Shown here piece after piece: positions 1 to 9,635 of a DNA stretch of 64,000 nucleotides. Position 1 is the first letter of the stretch; the number at the start of each line of letters is the position of its first letter. Both the position numbers and the translations under genes were made by a program. Under the pieces are notes generated by a model that ran no database searches, was not told the DNA's origin, and saw only the letters and a list, made by a program, of their open reading frames with translations. Source of the stretch: Trueperaceae bacterium. Lineage in GTDB: Bacteria > Deinococcota > Deinococci > Deinococcales > Trueperaceae. The stretch is taken from the NCBI GenBank assembly GCA_965213705.1, contig OZ243913.1:4128001-4192000 (forward strand). The letters are read 5' to 3'.

Positions 1-1
1 C

Positions 2-1804
2 ATTCGCGACCAGGAAAGGCAGGTTAAAAACTACTTGGATGATTTCTCTGTTGACTTGAGCTTCCAAAAACTCAACGGAGAAACTATAGGAAGCGTGGCT
101 AAGGAAAACGAAGTATCCCGCTACGAGTCAATTAAAGATTTGGTCTACAGGCAAAAGCTTCTGCTGACCAATCCCGATGTTTTTAATCTTATCGAAAGCT
201 TTGCCTACACTAGCCCTATCAATCCGGCAACGCTTGCCCAAGAGTTTTCCAGCCTCTTTCGTTATGTGGTTTTTGACGAGTTTCACATTTTTGCGGCTCC
301 GCAGATAGCCGCGATTATCGACGCCATGCTGTTCATTCGGGCAAACGGCAGTGCGAACTTTCCGACTAAGTTTCTATTTCTGTCGGCAACCCCGAGCCCC
401 ATTCTCAGAGACGTCCTGGACAACGCTGATTTCAGGTTCCGAGTTATCGAGGGAAGCTACCAACACGGTCCCAAACCCAAAGGTGCTTACCGAAGCATTT
501 TGCAAGAGGCAACCCTCGAGCTTGAACCCTGCGAGGCAAATACTGGTGGCATTTTGGGGTGGGCAACAAACAATCTCGAGAAAATCAAAGGGTTTTATCG
601 TGAGAATCCGGGAAGTAAAGGGTTGATTATCTGTAACAGCGTATTTACGGCAAAAAAGCTGTATGCCTATTTGCGAGAGGGCTTGGTCGATACGGGAATC
701 TCTTTAGGTGAAAATACAGGTTTGACGGGCAAGGAAGAAAAGCAAAGGTCATTAGAGCAAGACCTTGTTGTGGCGACATCAACAGTGGACGTTGGTGTCG
801 ATTTCCGCATCAACTTTCTTATTTTTGAGTCTTTGAATGCCGGTTCTTTTATTCAACGTTTGGGTCGTTTGGGCAGACATAAAGATTTTCCTGTCTATCA
901 CGCAGTAGCGCTATTGCCACAGTTTTTGGTTGAACGCTTTGCAAAGCATTATCAAGATGGGCAGACGGTTGACAGATGGTCTTTTTTTCAAAACTTGAGT
1001 GAGATTAAAGACGATAAAGCCGAGCAAATTTTTCCGCCGGAACAGGAGTTCAAGCCTTATATCAAACGTTGGGGCGGTGTCAAGGCAGTTCAGCGTCTAG
1101 GCAAGCTCTATAAGTATGGGGGTAAGGACAAATATCAGACACTTATACAGCGCTATCAACCGAATGCCGCTCAGGTTTTCAAGATTGCGAGCACAACCCA
1201 GGCTCGAGCAAGGCGACTTGAACCGGCTGTAAACAAAGAACTGTTCTCCTTCCGGGGTGCCGGACTGATGGACATCTGGACCTTTGACCCTTCTTCAAAA
1301 GCAGTAACTACGGTAAATGTTCTAAGGCTTTTGGCGGGGACAGAGTTTGGGTTGATCAGCAAACAAGAAGCGGAAGCTATCGCCATAATACACAGCACGC
1401 CTTTTTATCCAACTTACCTGAATCTCTACGCCAAAATCCACAGCTATAAGGAGGAGTACGACTTTGTTCAACTCCGCTATCAGCACACTTTTGGAGATGA
1501 TGGTCAAGCTTTCAATCACGCAGCAGACCGCGCCGGGTTTTTACTAGAAGCCGCTCATCCCGATATTCGCAAGGTGAGCCAAGCTCTCGTCAACAAACCT
1601 CTCTGCAGTTGCGTATGTGATAAAGAGCTGAGTGGTGAAAGCCCGCGAAACGCCCAAAGAATTTTGAGTTTGCCACCCCTGTTCAGTTTGGCCCAGGTCA
1701 TCGATAGCACCAACACTTCCTATACCGTTGCCTTTGGTCACGAAGCCCTTCTGCTGGACAGCCTTATTCACTGGCGAAAAATAAACGACTATTTCATTGC
1801 TTGA
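2..1804 (+). CDS. cas3: Type I-D CRISPR-associated helicase Cas3' (5' end outside the window)
   Basis: Frame open from position 2 (IRDQERQV...). SF2 helicase motifs VVFDEFH, FLSAT, ATSTVDVGVD, QRLGRLGRH; directly upstream of cas10d. Confidence 0.93.
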   Translation: MRDQERQVKNYLDDFSVDLSFQKLNGETIGSVAKENEVSRYESIKDLVYRQKLLLTNPDVFNLIESFAYTSPINPATLAQEFSSLFRYVVFDEFHIFAAPQIAAIIDAMLFIRANGSANFPTKFLFLSATPSPILRDVLDNADFRFRVIEGSYQHGPKPKGAYRSILQEATLELEPCEANTGGILGWATNNLEKIKGFYRENPGSKGLIICNSVFTAKKLYAYLREGLVDTGISLGENTGLTGKEEKQRSLEQDLVVATSTVDVGVDFRINFLIFESLNAGSFIQRLGRLGRHKDFPVYHAVALLPQFLVERFAKHYQDGQTVDRWSFFQNLSEIKDDKAEQIFPPEQEFKPYIKRWGGVKAVQRLGKLYKYGGKDKYQTLIQRYQPNAAQVFKIASTTQARARRLEPAVNKELFSFRGAGLMDIWTFDPSSKAVTTVNVLRLLAGTEFGLISKQEAEAIAIIHSTPFYPTYLNLYAKIHSYKEEYDFVQLRYQHTFGDDGQAFNHAADRAGFLLEAAHPDIRKVSQALVNKPLCSCVCDKELSGESPRNAQRILSLPPLFSLAQVIDSTNTSYTVAFGHEALLLDSLIHWRKINDYFIA

Positions 1805-1815
1805 AAGGAGTAGTA

Positions 1816-4800
1816 ATGGATGAAAACGAAGACATCTTAACCGAGTTCAACTTTGAAGACTGGGAAGAGCCTTTAGAACCAAAGGCTTATGAGCAGGTAC
1901 AAAGGCCCCCATTTGCAAAACTCATACTCGACACGGTTCAGGATGCGCCCTCAGCGCTTCAGGATTGGGCAGAACTGGTTGTACCTAAGCTTCTCAGTGT
2001 TCTGGCGCTGCGTAACGCGAAAGGCATGGGCGAGGTCGAAGCGAATCGGTTCTTGGGAAAAACGGATTTCAAGTCAGGTCAGGCTCGAGCCAAAGCGTTC
2101 AAAAAATTAACCGAAATGCCCGATCAAAGTCTCGCCGTTCACACCCTGAATGCGGCTTTGGGTGGCTGGACGGTCGTTGCGCTTGCGAACCTTGATGATT
2201 TCGAGCAACGCCTGTATTTAGCAGGGATAACCTTGCACGACCTCAACAAGATGTTGGGAACAACTCTGCGTTTGCAGGGTGAGCAGAAAGAGGCCTTTGA
2301 GGAAGCTTTCAAAGCCTGGGCTGAACGCCTTGGCCTTTGGCAATTTATAGGCGAAAACCACTGGGCCGATGTTGCTTACTTGGCTCAAAACGCAGAAGCC
2401 GTCAAGGGTGAGAACCGCACACTCTTCAACTACGACCAGTTGCAAACATCACCGGAAGACTTGGAGCCTATCAGCGATTTTGTTCGCTTGGCCGATCTCC
2501 TGGCAAGCGCAGCCAAACACCCTGACGACGTTTTAAACATGGGAGGCGGCAATAAAGTCATAGAAACGCTTCGGCGCGTTCTACGGGGGAAATATATACT
2601 TCGTTACCACAAAACCGCCGACAACCGTGGCTTACTCACCCAACTGATTCACAATGCTGTTTTAGAGCAAGCCCAAGAGAAGGGTTGGCTACCTTTCCTG
2701 TACTTTCCCGACGGCGTGACTTACTTAGTCCCTAAAGAAGCGGAGAACATCAATCTCGAAGACGTTCCCCAGCGAGTTAGGCAAATGCTTGTAGAGTCCG
2801 TAGCCGACAAGCTGGGTCAACTGGTGGCTCGAGCCCCCACCGGAATGCGTTACAAGCCCGAATTTATCGAACTTTTGACACCTGCTCGAGCTTGCAAGTT
2901 GGCAATCCAAAGGATTTTGGAGATTATCAGCGACAAAAAGCCTCCCGTGACCGACGAGCGAAAGGCGAAGACTGTACTCCGCAAAGATGCCACGGTCAAG
3001 CTCGATTTTGACTATGGCGCTTCTCTGAACGCCGACCGATTGGCGGAAGGCTTGTTCGGTGTGTCGAAAATAATCTTCGACTATTACGGGGATGATAGAG
3101 AGACACATGGGGGGTCCCTCATTTGCGCACTTGGGCTGGGGGATTTGGTAGAGACATTCAGGTCTATCGAATTTACAGGCGGCGTGGGTTATCCCTGGTA
3201 CTACATCGGGGGTCACTACATACACCGCAATCCCGGCTTAGATGCCAACGACGTTGAAAACGTGATGCAAAAAGCGGTAACTCAGGTTTTAGGCGACCTC
3301 GGTGAACCGAAAAAAGAGCCCCCTTTCGGCTTTTTGGAAAGTTACATCGGCCAAACACTCAGCACAGGCACCGAGCGTGAAGCATGGAACTTCTCGGGCG
3401 AGTTGGAGCGGTATGTCGTCAGTAAAAAACTACGCAGTGGACAGCGAGTTTGTGCAGTCTGCAACAGTAGCTTTGCTGTAAGAGCAGACTACTCGACATT
3501 TTCTAATAAGCAAGTTGCAGGCTACGCCGATGCGCGCCGCGGTATCTGTCAGATCTGTCAGGCCGAAAATCTACTGCGCCGCTTCACGCTCGGAAAAGAC
3601 ATGCTGTCAGATGACGGCACGAAGTTCTTGCATCTCTACCCAACTTACTTCTTTACACCTATCACAGCGAAGGTGATGCAACACGCCTATCAATCTTTCA
3701 AACAAGCCACTTTTGCCGAAATTGCCAAACCTTATCAGCAAGCCGATTACGAGGTCAGGGCGATTCTCCATGCTGACGTTTTCCAGGTTTTGAAAGCCGA
3801 TAACCCCAAAAGACGACTTGACAGAGTGGACTATCCCGAGGGACAGATGCACGGTTACTTCCTGCTCGGAGTTCCGTACTTGGGGCGCGACCCGAGCGAT
3901 ACCGAGACGTGGGTCATGCCTGCGCTGCTGGCGCTGCTTTCCCCTTTACTGTTCGGCACGAAAGCTGTGGTCAGCGATTCGGCTTTACCGCTGTTTACGA
4001 GCGGTGCGGACTTTCCCGAGACGGTCGTTCTCGACGCGCCCCACAGCTTTTGGCAGCACGGCATAAAGAAAACGAGGTTTCGTCTGGATGAACTCGAGAA
4101 AGGTTTGCATACAGTATTGGCACTTTACGGTTTGGTCAGCGAAGCCTACAAAGACGGCAAGGGTTATGCCATTTGGAATCAGCTCGGCTCGGTGGCTCGA
4201 AACCTCGACTCCGAACCTCTAAGCATCTTCGGCTACGCGGACCGTATCAGCTCACAGCTCAGCAAGGGAAAAAGCACCCTCACAAGCACCGACGGCATGT
4301 CTCCTTGGTTGGCTCAACGTTTAACAACCTACTACGAATCAACGCTGGACTTCTACGAAACTTACTCTTTAGGAGGTACATCAAGAATGGGATTGATTCA
4401 GGAAACCGTCGATAAATATGCGAAGTTTTACAGGGCGCGAGGCTCGAGTTCGGCTTATGCAAGATTGCGTCCCTTGGACGACGCTATCAAAGTTATTCTG
4501 GCTGCACCGACAGAAGAGCAACTCGACCAAGAAAGCTTGCACCTTGAAATTATGGGGGCGCTGATGGCATATCTAGGCAGAATTAGAGATAGAGATCCAT
4601 CGATTAAAGGCATCATTCCTAAAGGTATGTGGAGTGATGATGTCCTACTCCCTGCGGTGAGCGACTTTGCAACCCACATGTTGGACAAGGTGTTTTGTGA
4701 CTTCGCCGGAGGTGACAGGGCAATTTTGAGGAAGCAACTCAACAAGTTCAAAAATGGTTGTGAAGCTTACTACGTTCTTCATTACGGAAGAAAAAAGACG

Positions 4801-4845
4801 GATGAAAGCGCCTCTACAGAAAATCACGAAAAGGAGAGTAGCTGA
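1816..4845 (+). CDS. cas10d: Type I-D large subunit Cas10d (Csc3) with N-terminal HD nuclease domain
   Basis: AAGGAG RBS before ATG 1816; DQSLAVHTLNA and GITLHDLNK (HD); Zn-finger-like CAVC...CQIC; LHLYPTYFFT; about 1009 aa, between cas3' and csc2. Confidence 0.93.
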   Translation: MDENEDILTEFNFEDWEEPLEPKAYEQVQRPPFAKLILDTVQDAPSALQDWAELVVPKLLSVLALRNAKGMGEVEANRFLGKTDFKSGQARAKAFKKLTEMPDQSLAVHTLNAALGGWTVVALANLDDFEQRLYLAGITLHDLNKMLGTTLRLQGEQKEAFEEAFKAWAERLGLWQFIGENHWADVAYLAQNAEAVKGENRTLFNYDQLQTSPEDLEPISDFVRLADLLASAAKHPDDVLNMGGGNKVIETLRRVLRGKYILRYHKTADNRGLLTQLIHNAVLEQAQEKGWLPFLYFPDGVTYLVPKEAENINLEDVPQRVRQMLVESVADKLGQLVARAPTGMRYKPEFIELLTPARACKLAIQRILEIISDKKPPVTDERKAKTVLRKDATVKLDFDYGASLNADRLAEGLFGVSKIIFDYYGDDRETHGGSLICALGLGDLVETFRSIEFTGGVGYPWYYIGGHYIHRNPGLDANDVENVMQKAVTQVLGDLGEPKKEPPFGFLESYIGQTLSTGTEREAWNFSGELERYVVSKKLRSGQRVCAVCNSSFAVRADYSTFSNKQVAGYADARRGICQICQAENLLRRFTLGKDMLSDDGTKFLHLYPTYFFTPITAKVMQHAYQSFKQATFAEIAKPYQQADYEVRAILHADVFQVLKADNPKRRLDRVDYPEGQMHGYFLLGVPYLGRDPSDTETWVMPALLALLSPLLFGTKAVVSDSALPLFTSGADFPETVVLDAPHSFWQHGIKKTRFRLDELEKGLHTVLALYGLVSEAYKDGKGYAIWNQLGSVARNLDSEPLSIFGYADRISSQLSKGKSTLTSTDGMSPWLAQRLTTYYESTLDFYETYSLGGTSRMGLIQETVDKYAKFYRARGSSSAYARLRPLDDAIKVILAAPTEEQLDQESLHLEIMGALMAYLGRIRDRDPSIKGIIPKGMWSDDVLLPAVSDFATHMLDKVFCDFAGGDRAILRKQLNKFKNGCEAYYVLHYGRKKTDESASTENHEKESS
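4387..4845 (+). CDS. cas11d: Cas11d small subunit from an internal in-frame start inside cas10d (152 aa)
   Basis: AGGAGGT at 4371-4377, 9 nt before an in-frame ATG at 4387 (MGLIQETVDKYAKFYRA...); matches the known internal translation of Cas11 in type I-D. Confidence 0.8.
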   Translation: MGLIQETVDKYAKFYRARGSSSAYARLRPLDDAIKVILAAPTEEQLDQESLHLEIMGALMAYLGRIRDRDPSIKGIIPKGMWSDDVLLPAVSDFATHMLDKVFCDFAGGDRAILRKQLNKFKNGCEAYYVLHYGRKKTDESASTENHEKESS

Positions 4846-5771
4846 TGTTCGACGCATATGAAAAATACTTCCATACGGCAATCCCTCTGCGCCCCGGTGC
4901 AAAGTACGCCCACATCCTAGTTCTCCGCAAAACGGAAAGTTACGCAGTTTTCAAAACAGATGGCGAACTCAACACTGCTAGGGTTAGCTCGGGTCTCGAG
5001 GATAAAACACAAATCTCACGCTTGACGATTTTCAAACGCAAACAGACCACCCCCGAGCGCTTGACAGGCCGAGAGATTTTGCGCCGTTACGAACTCTTAC
5101 CCGCTGACGACCAGTACAACGTGAACTTCACACCCGACTCGCCCGACTCGGTCATTTACGGCTACGCTATTGGTGATTCGGGGTCTGAAAAGTCGAAGGT
5201 CTATGTAGACACAGCCTTTTCTCTCACCAACTACGACGTTTCCCACGAAACGATGACGCTGAACGCGCCTTACGAGGACGGCACCATGACGCGGGGCAGC
5301 AGCACCACAAACCGTTTTAGCGAACAAGACCATGTTCTGCCGGAAGTTTATTTTCCGAGCGTCGTCACCGTTCGAGACCCTACCCAAAATACGCTTGCTT
5401 ACGTCATCAACAACATCAGACGTACCAAACGTTACGGCGCACAAACAACGCGAACCGGACAAGTGTCCAACCAAATCGTCGGCCTTATCTTTGCCGACGG
5501 GGAGATTTTCAGCAATTTACGGCTTGTCCAAGCGATGCACGACCTTTTGGAAAGCGACAAAACCCTCAGCCAAGACGCTGCGATGGTACAGGTCGCCCGC
5601 GACCTCGTAGCACGCGACGGCGTCATTTACGAACTGGTCACGGGTGAACAGCTCGAGGTGTTGCTCACCGAACTCGATGCTGTTTTTACGGATGAAACGC
5701 AGTTGAAAACCTTTTTGACCGACCTCTACAGCGAAACGAAAGCCTACGCTGAATCCGTGAAAAACCAGTAG
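4845..5771 (+). CDS. csc2: Type I-D Cas7 (Csc2) backbone subunit
   Basis: FKRKQTTPERLTGRE, YGYAIGDSGSEKSKV, RYGAQTTRTG are characteristic of Csc2; TGATG coupling to cas10d. Confidence 0.92.
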   Translation: MFDAYEKYFHTAIPLRPGAKYAHILVLRKTESYAVFKTDGELNTARVSSGLEDKTQISRLTIFKRKQTTPERLTGREILRRYELLPADDQYNVNFTPDSPDSVIYGYAIGDSGSEKSKVYVDTAFSLTNYDVSHETMTLNAPYEDGTMTRGSSTTNRFSEQDHVLPEVYFPSVVTVRDPTQNTLAYVINNIRRTKRYGAQTTRTGQVSNQIVGLIFADGEIFSNLRLVQAMHDLLESDKTLSQDAAMVQVARDLVARDGVIYELVTGEQLEVLLTELDAVFTDETQLKTFLTDLYSETKAYAESVKNQ

Positions 5772-5776
5772 CAGTT

Positions 5777-6433
5777 ATGCATGCTTACCACCTAGAGATT
5801 GACTTACATGACCTCATGTACTACGCTTCTCGCGAACTGGGGCGCATGTACATCAGTGAGCGCTATATCCACAATTACGCGCTGACCTACGCCTTGGGTT
5901 TAGCTAAGAGTGGCTATCACGACGCGGTTCAGGTGCCTCACTACCGAGAAGACTTGGAACCTCTGAATGACGCTGGAGTTTATGTCACTCCTGCCAAACC
6001 CATCCGTGTGGAAACGTCTACGCATACGTTCAAGCTCGCAGACACTCGGTACCAGGTCAAAATGGAGCAGTCGAGCGTCAACATTCCCACCTTTGGACGC
6101 ATTCGCGAGATAAACCCCGAATCGCGTTATGAAGCCTTCGTTCTTACGAAGGAGAAGCTCGAGCTTCCCAAGTGGATTCGGCTTGGTAAGTGGATGAGCA
6201 AAGCCTCGGTAGCAACTGCAGAAGTCGAAGTGAGTGAGGGAAAGAAAACGTTTAGCACTTTGCACCCTCTCAATGGTCTCGACTTACCTTTCGACGCGAA
6301 GCTTTACGACCTTATCAACATGCCTCCGGTCTCTCTTATCGAAAATGCAAGGTTTGAGGGCGAGTGCTACACCCTGAAGCTGAGCGAGAAAGAGACTCGC
6401 GAGTTTCCAAAAGGACTAAGGTACACCTTCTAA
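5777..6433 (+). CDS. csc1: Type I-D Cas5 (Csc1)
   Basis: YYASRELG, IHNYALTYALG, LPKWIRLGKWMSKA, LNGLD...DLINMPPVSLI motifs. Confidence 0.92.
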   Translation: MHAYHLEIDLHDLMYYASRELGRMYISERYIHNYALTYALGLAKSGYHDAVQVPHYREDLEPLNDAGVYVTPAKPIRVETSTHTFKLADTRYQVKMEQSSVNIPTFGRIREINPESRYEAFVLTKEKLELPKWIRLGKWMSKASVATAEVEVSEGKKTFSTLHPLNGLDLPFDAKLYDLINMPPVSLIENARFEGECYTLKLSEKETREFPKGLRYTF

Positions 6434-7233
6434 TGCCCCATGCTTTCCTCCTCCACCTCACCCCCACCACCCGCGCCCCCGACCACCCCTACCTCCACCA
6501 GTACACCCACGGCCTCTTCTATCACCTGTTGGAAACCATTCATCCCGCGCTGAGCGCCGACATTCATGCCAGCAAGCGCAACCCCTTCACGCTTTGGGCC
6601 AGGGAAAAGGACGGCGGCATCTTGCTGCGCGTGACCGTCCTGAACGATACCCTCTTTCAATCGCTGCTCGAGGTGGTGTTGCAAGAATCCTTGACGGGCC
6701 TGGAGCTGGGCCAGGACAGCTACCGGGTGGCGAGGGTATTAGCGACGCCGGAAGGCCACCGGGACGCGGGCTTCTTAGGCTGGGAAGATGTTTTATGTGC
6801 CCGGCCCGTGAACAGGCTCGAGCTGCGCTTCGTCACGCCGACGGTGTTTGCGACCTCGAAAGGGAAAAAGCGGCACTACACGCCGCTACCCCTGCCGAGG
6901 CTGGTGCTGAAAAGTTTGCTGAACGCCTTTCAAGCCTACAGCCCCGCGCCCTACAGCGAGCCGGAAGCGGCGGGGTTGGAGGCTATGTTCGACGAACTGT
7001 TCGTCGTCACAAGTCACGATATTGCCACAAAGCCCCACAAAGCGGGCAAGGTCAGGCTGACCGGCTTCGTGGGGCGGGCGAGCATTCGCTATCAAGAGGC
7101 GTCGGGGCGGGTCGAGAAAGCGCTCGGGCAGCTTGCCAGCCTCGTCTTTTTCAGCGGGGTGGGGGCGAAGACGCCTTACGGGATGGGGCAGGTGCGTGTA
7201 AAGGTTGGAAGCGGGCAAGTTGGTAGCAAGTAA
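6433..7233 (+). CDS. cas6: CRISPR pre-crRNA endoribonuclease Cas6
   Basis: TAATG coupling at 6431-6435; F.TPT.F and C-terminal G-rich loop FSGVGAKTPYGMG. Confidence 0.93.
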   Translation: MPHAFLLHLTPTTRAPDHPYLHQYTHGLFYHLLETIHPALSADIHASKRNPFTLWAREKDGGILLRVTVLNDTLFQSLLEVVLQESLTGLELGQDSYRVARVLATPEGHRDAGFLGWEDVLCARPVNRLELRFVTPTVFATSKGKKRHYTPLPLPRLVLKSLLNAFQAYSPAPYSEPEAAGLEAMFDELFVVTSHDIATKPHKAGKVRLTGFVGRASIRYQEASGRVEKALGQLASLVFFSGVGAKTPYGMGQVRVKVGSGQVGSK

Positions 7234-7266
7234 CGTAGGCACTGGAAAAAGCCCTATGATGAAGCT

Positions 7267-7464
7267 GTGAACGAGTTCGAGCTTTTGAACAGAATAACCC
7301 TCGACCCCGACATCTGTCACGGCAAACCTTGTATCAGAGGGTTGCGCTATCCCGTCGAGACGATTCTGGAACTTTTAGGGAGCGGCATGTCCTTCGGGGA
7401 TCTTTTGGACGACTACGAAGACCTCGAGCGCGAGGACTTGCAGGCAGCTCTAATCTGGCAATAA
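7267..7464 (+). CDS. DUF433-family protein (antitoxin-like), probably C-terminally shortened
   Basis: RITLDPDICHGKPCIRGLRYPVETILELL...DYEDLEREDLQAAL; TATGAT 6 nt before the GTG; no toxin partner follows. Confidence 0.8.
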   Translation: MNEFELLNRITLDPDICHGKPCIRGLRYPVETILELLGSGMSFGDLLDDYEDLEREDLQAALIWQ

Positions 7465-7600
7465 CCGTCACTGCGCCGCTCGCTGGCAGCCGCTTCTATC
7501 CCTGTAAACCTCATCCGTAAGCCTCGTTGGAAGCTCGTTGGAACGCCGTCGTTTACGCTTGTCTCGAGCCCGAGACGCCTATCCGATGTACGGAGGTTCT

Positions 7601-8161
7601 ATGGAATATTTGCCCATCAGCAAAATCAACACGGTCGTTTTTTGCCCGCGCCGCTACTACATCGAGCAGCTTTTGGCGGACACCGTGACGAACTATCACA
7701 TGACCGAGGGCACGGCGCTGCACGAGCGCACGGTGCGGACAGGCGAAGGCGTGTGGGTGTGGAGCAACTGCCTGGGCGTCAGCGGGATTATCGATCAGGT
7801 CGTACACGAGGACGGCGAGTGGGTCATCACCGAGTTCAAAAAGGGCTACCTCGGTGAGCACGAGAGCGACCGGGTGCAACTCTGCGCGCTCGCAGTTTGC
7901 TATGAGGAGGTTCACGGCGTGCATCTGAGTCACGGCTACATCTACTACCACCGCACCCGCAGGCGCAGCTTGGTCGAATACACACCCGAGCTGCGGCAGC
8001 GGGTCGAGGCGGCGGTCGCCCTGATGCGTAGGCTCGAGCAGCAAAGCCACTACCCGCCGGTCATCGACAACCCCAACAAATGCCAAGGGTGCAGCGTGCG
8101 CGAACCCTGCCAGCCGACGCTGACGCGCAGGCAGTTACCCCGCTGGAAGGGAGCAGTGTGA
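7601..8161 (+). CDS. cas4: CRISPR-associated exonuclease Cas4
   Basis: GGAGG RBS before ATG 7601; FCPRR, GIID...EFKKG, QLCALA, C-terminal C..C.....C Fe-S cysteines. Confidence 0.93.
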   Translation: MEYLPISKINTVVFCPRRYYIEQLLADTVTNYHMTEGTALHERTVRTGEGVWVWSNCLGVSGIIDQVVHEDGEWVITEFKKGYLGEHESDRVQLCALAVCYEEVHGVHLSHGYIYYHRTRRRSLVEYTPELRQRVEAAVALMRRLEQQSHYPPVIDNPNKCQGCSVREPCQPTLTRRQLPRWKGAV

Positions 8162-9135
8162 TGGGTACGCTCTACGTTTTAGAACCTGACGTCTACCTGT
8201 CCAAAGACGGCGGCGTGCTGAAAGTTTCGCGCAGCAAGGGGCGGGAGGTGCTTCTCGAGCGCCCCCTGGCCCACGTGTCCGACGTGGTGATTTTGGGCCG
8301 GGCGACGGTCACTTCGTCGGCCCTTCAAGCCTGCGCCGAGCAGGGCACGGCGATTCACTACCTCACCCGCGGCGGCAAGTACGTGGCGCAGGTCGCCCCC
8401 GTCGAAAACAAAAACGTGCTGGTGCGCATCAAGCAGTACGAAGCGTACCTAAACCCCGAGTGGAAACACAGCTTGGCGCGGCGTTTTGTCGAGGGCAAGC
8501 TCGCCAACGCTATCGTCTTCGCGCGGCGGGGAGGCGCGGAGGTGGGCAGTTTGATGGCGCTCGTCAAACCTATCGCAAGGTGCGACAATACGGAAGCCTT
8601 GCGGGGGCTCGAGGGCAACGCCGCCCGGCTCTACTTCGGCCTCTTGAAAGACAAGTTCCCGGCAGCGTTCGCGCCCGAGTCGCGCAGTAAACGCCCGCCA
8701 CGCGACCGCGCCAACAGCTTGCTGTCGCTCGCCTACACCTTTTTAGCCAAAGAATGCCAGACGGCGGTCCGGGTGGCCGGGCTCGACCCGTATGTGGGCT
8801 ACCTGCACGAAGCCAAGTACGGCAAACCCGCCCTCGCCCTGGACCTGATGGAAGAGTTCCGCTCTATCATCGCCGACTCGGTGACGCTGACGCTCTTCAA
8901 CCGCGGCATGATTACCGAAGACATGTTCGAAGACGAGCGCGGCTATCCGACCCTGGCCGACGAAGGCTTCAAGCAGTTTTTACGAGCCTGGGAAGACCGC
9001 CTCAACCAACAGGTACACCACCCGTACCTCAAACAAAAGCTCGACTACCGGCAGGTGCTGGTGGCGCAGGCGCGCATTTTGGGCAAGCACCTCATGGGCG
9101 AACTGCCGGAGTATCTCCCCTTTACCGTGCGCTGA
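8161..9135 (+). CDS. cas1: CRISPR-associated integrase Cas1
   Basis: MGTLYV start coupled to cas4 stop; LRGLEGNAARLYF, RPPRDRANSLLSLAY, GYLH, LALDLMEEFR. Confidence 0.96.
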   Translation: MGTLYVLEPDVYLSKDGGVLKVSRSKGREVLLERPLAHVSDVVILGRATVTSSALQACAEQGTAIHYLTRGGKYVAQVAPVENKNVLVRIKQYEAYLNPEWKHSLARRFVEGKLANAIVFARRGGAEVGSLMALVKPIARCDNTEALRGLEGNAARLYFGLLKDKFPAAFAPESRSKRPPRDRANSLLSLAYTFLAKECQTAVRVAGLDPYVGYLHEAKYGKPALALDLMEEFRSIIADSVTLTLFNRGMITEDMFEDERGYPTLADEGFKQFLRAWEDRLNQQVHHPYLKQKLDYRQVLVAQARILGKHLMGELPEYLPFTVR

Positions 9136-9413
9136 TGTTTTACCTCGTCATCGCCTACGACACGCCCAGCGACAAGCGGCGCATCAAAATGGTGAAGCTC
9201 CTGAAGCGCTTCGGCGAGCGGCGGCAGTACAGCCTGTTCGAAGCGAGGGTCAGCCGCGACCAGTTGGCGACGTTGCAAACCTCGCTGGCTAAAATCGCCG
9301 ACGAAACCGAAGACACACTGGCGATTTACTTCTTGACACCGGAAAGTTTGCAGCGAACTTTCCGCATCGGCCACAGTGAGATAAAATCTTTAAGGGAGCC
9401 TGACTTTGTTTAG
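9135..9413 (+). CDS. cas2: CRISPR-associated protein Cas2
   Basis: MFYLVIAYDTPSDKRR...RRQYSLFE; 92 aa; TGATG coupling to cas1. Confidence 0.95.
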   Translation: MFYLVIAYDTPSDKRRIKMVKLLKRFGERRQYSLFEARVSRDQLATLQTSLAKIADETEDTLAIYFLTPESLQRTFRIGHSEIKSLREPDFV

Positions 9414-9635
9414 CGAGCACCGGAGCACCGTTACGCAGAACGACTATGTCGGCGCTGGTTTTTGCGTCGCTCACGTAAACAGTGTTGCTTTATCAGCCCG
9501 CGGGGTGCTCGCAAGCGTCTACGACGGCAAAACTTCCTTTTTAAGCTTCACCCGACAAGCATTTGCTACACTGGCGGAGCGGGTTCTCGTGAAGGTGCTG
9601 CGAGGCTCGTCCAGTCGGCCCGAAAAACGCCCGCG
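9414..9635 (+). promoter_or_regulatory. CRISPR leader
   Basis: Non-coding 222 bp between cas2 and the first intact repeat; the degenerate repeat is at the opposite end; candidate extended -10 TGCTACACT near 9564-9572. Confidence 0.7.
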
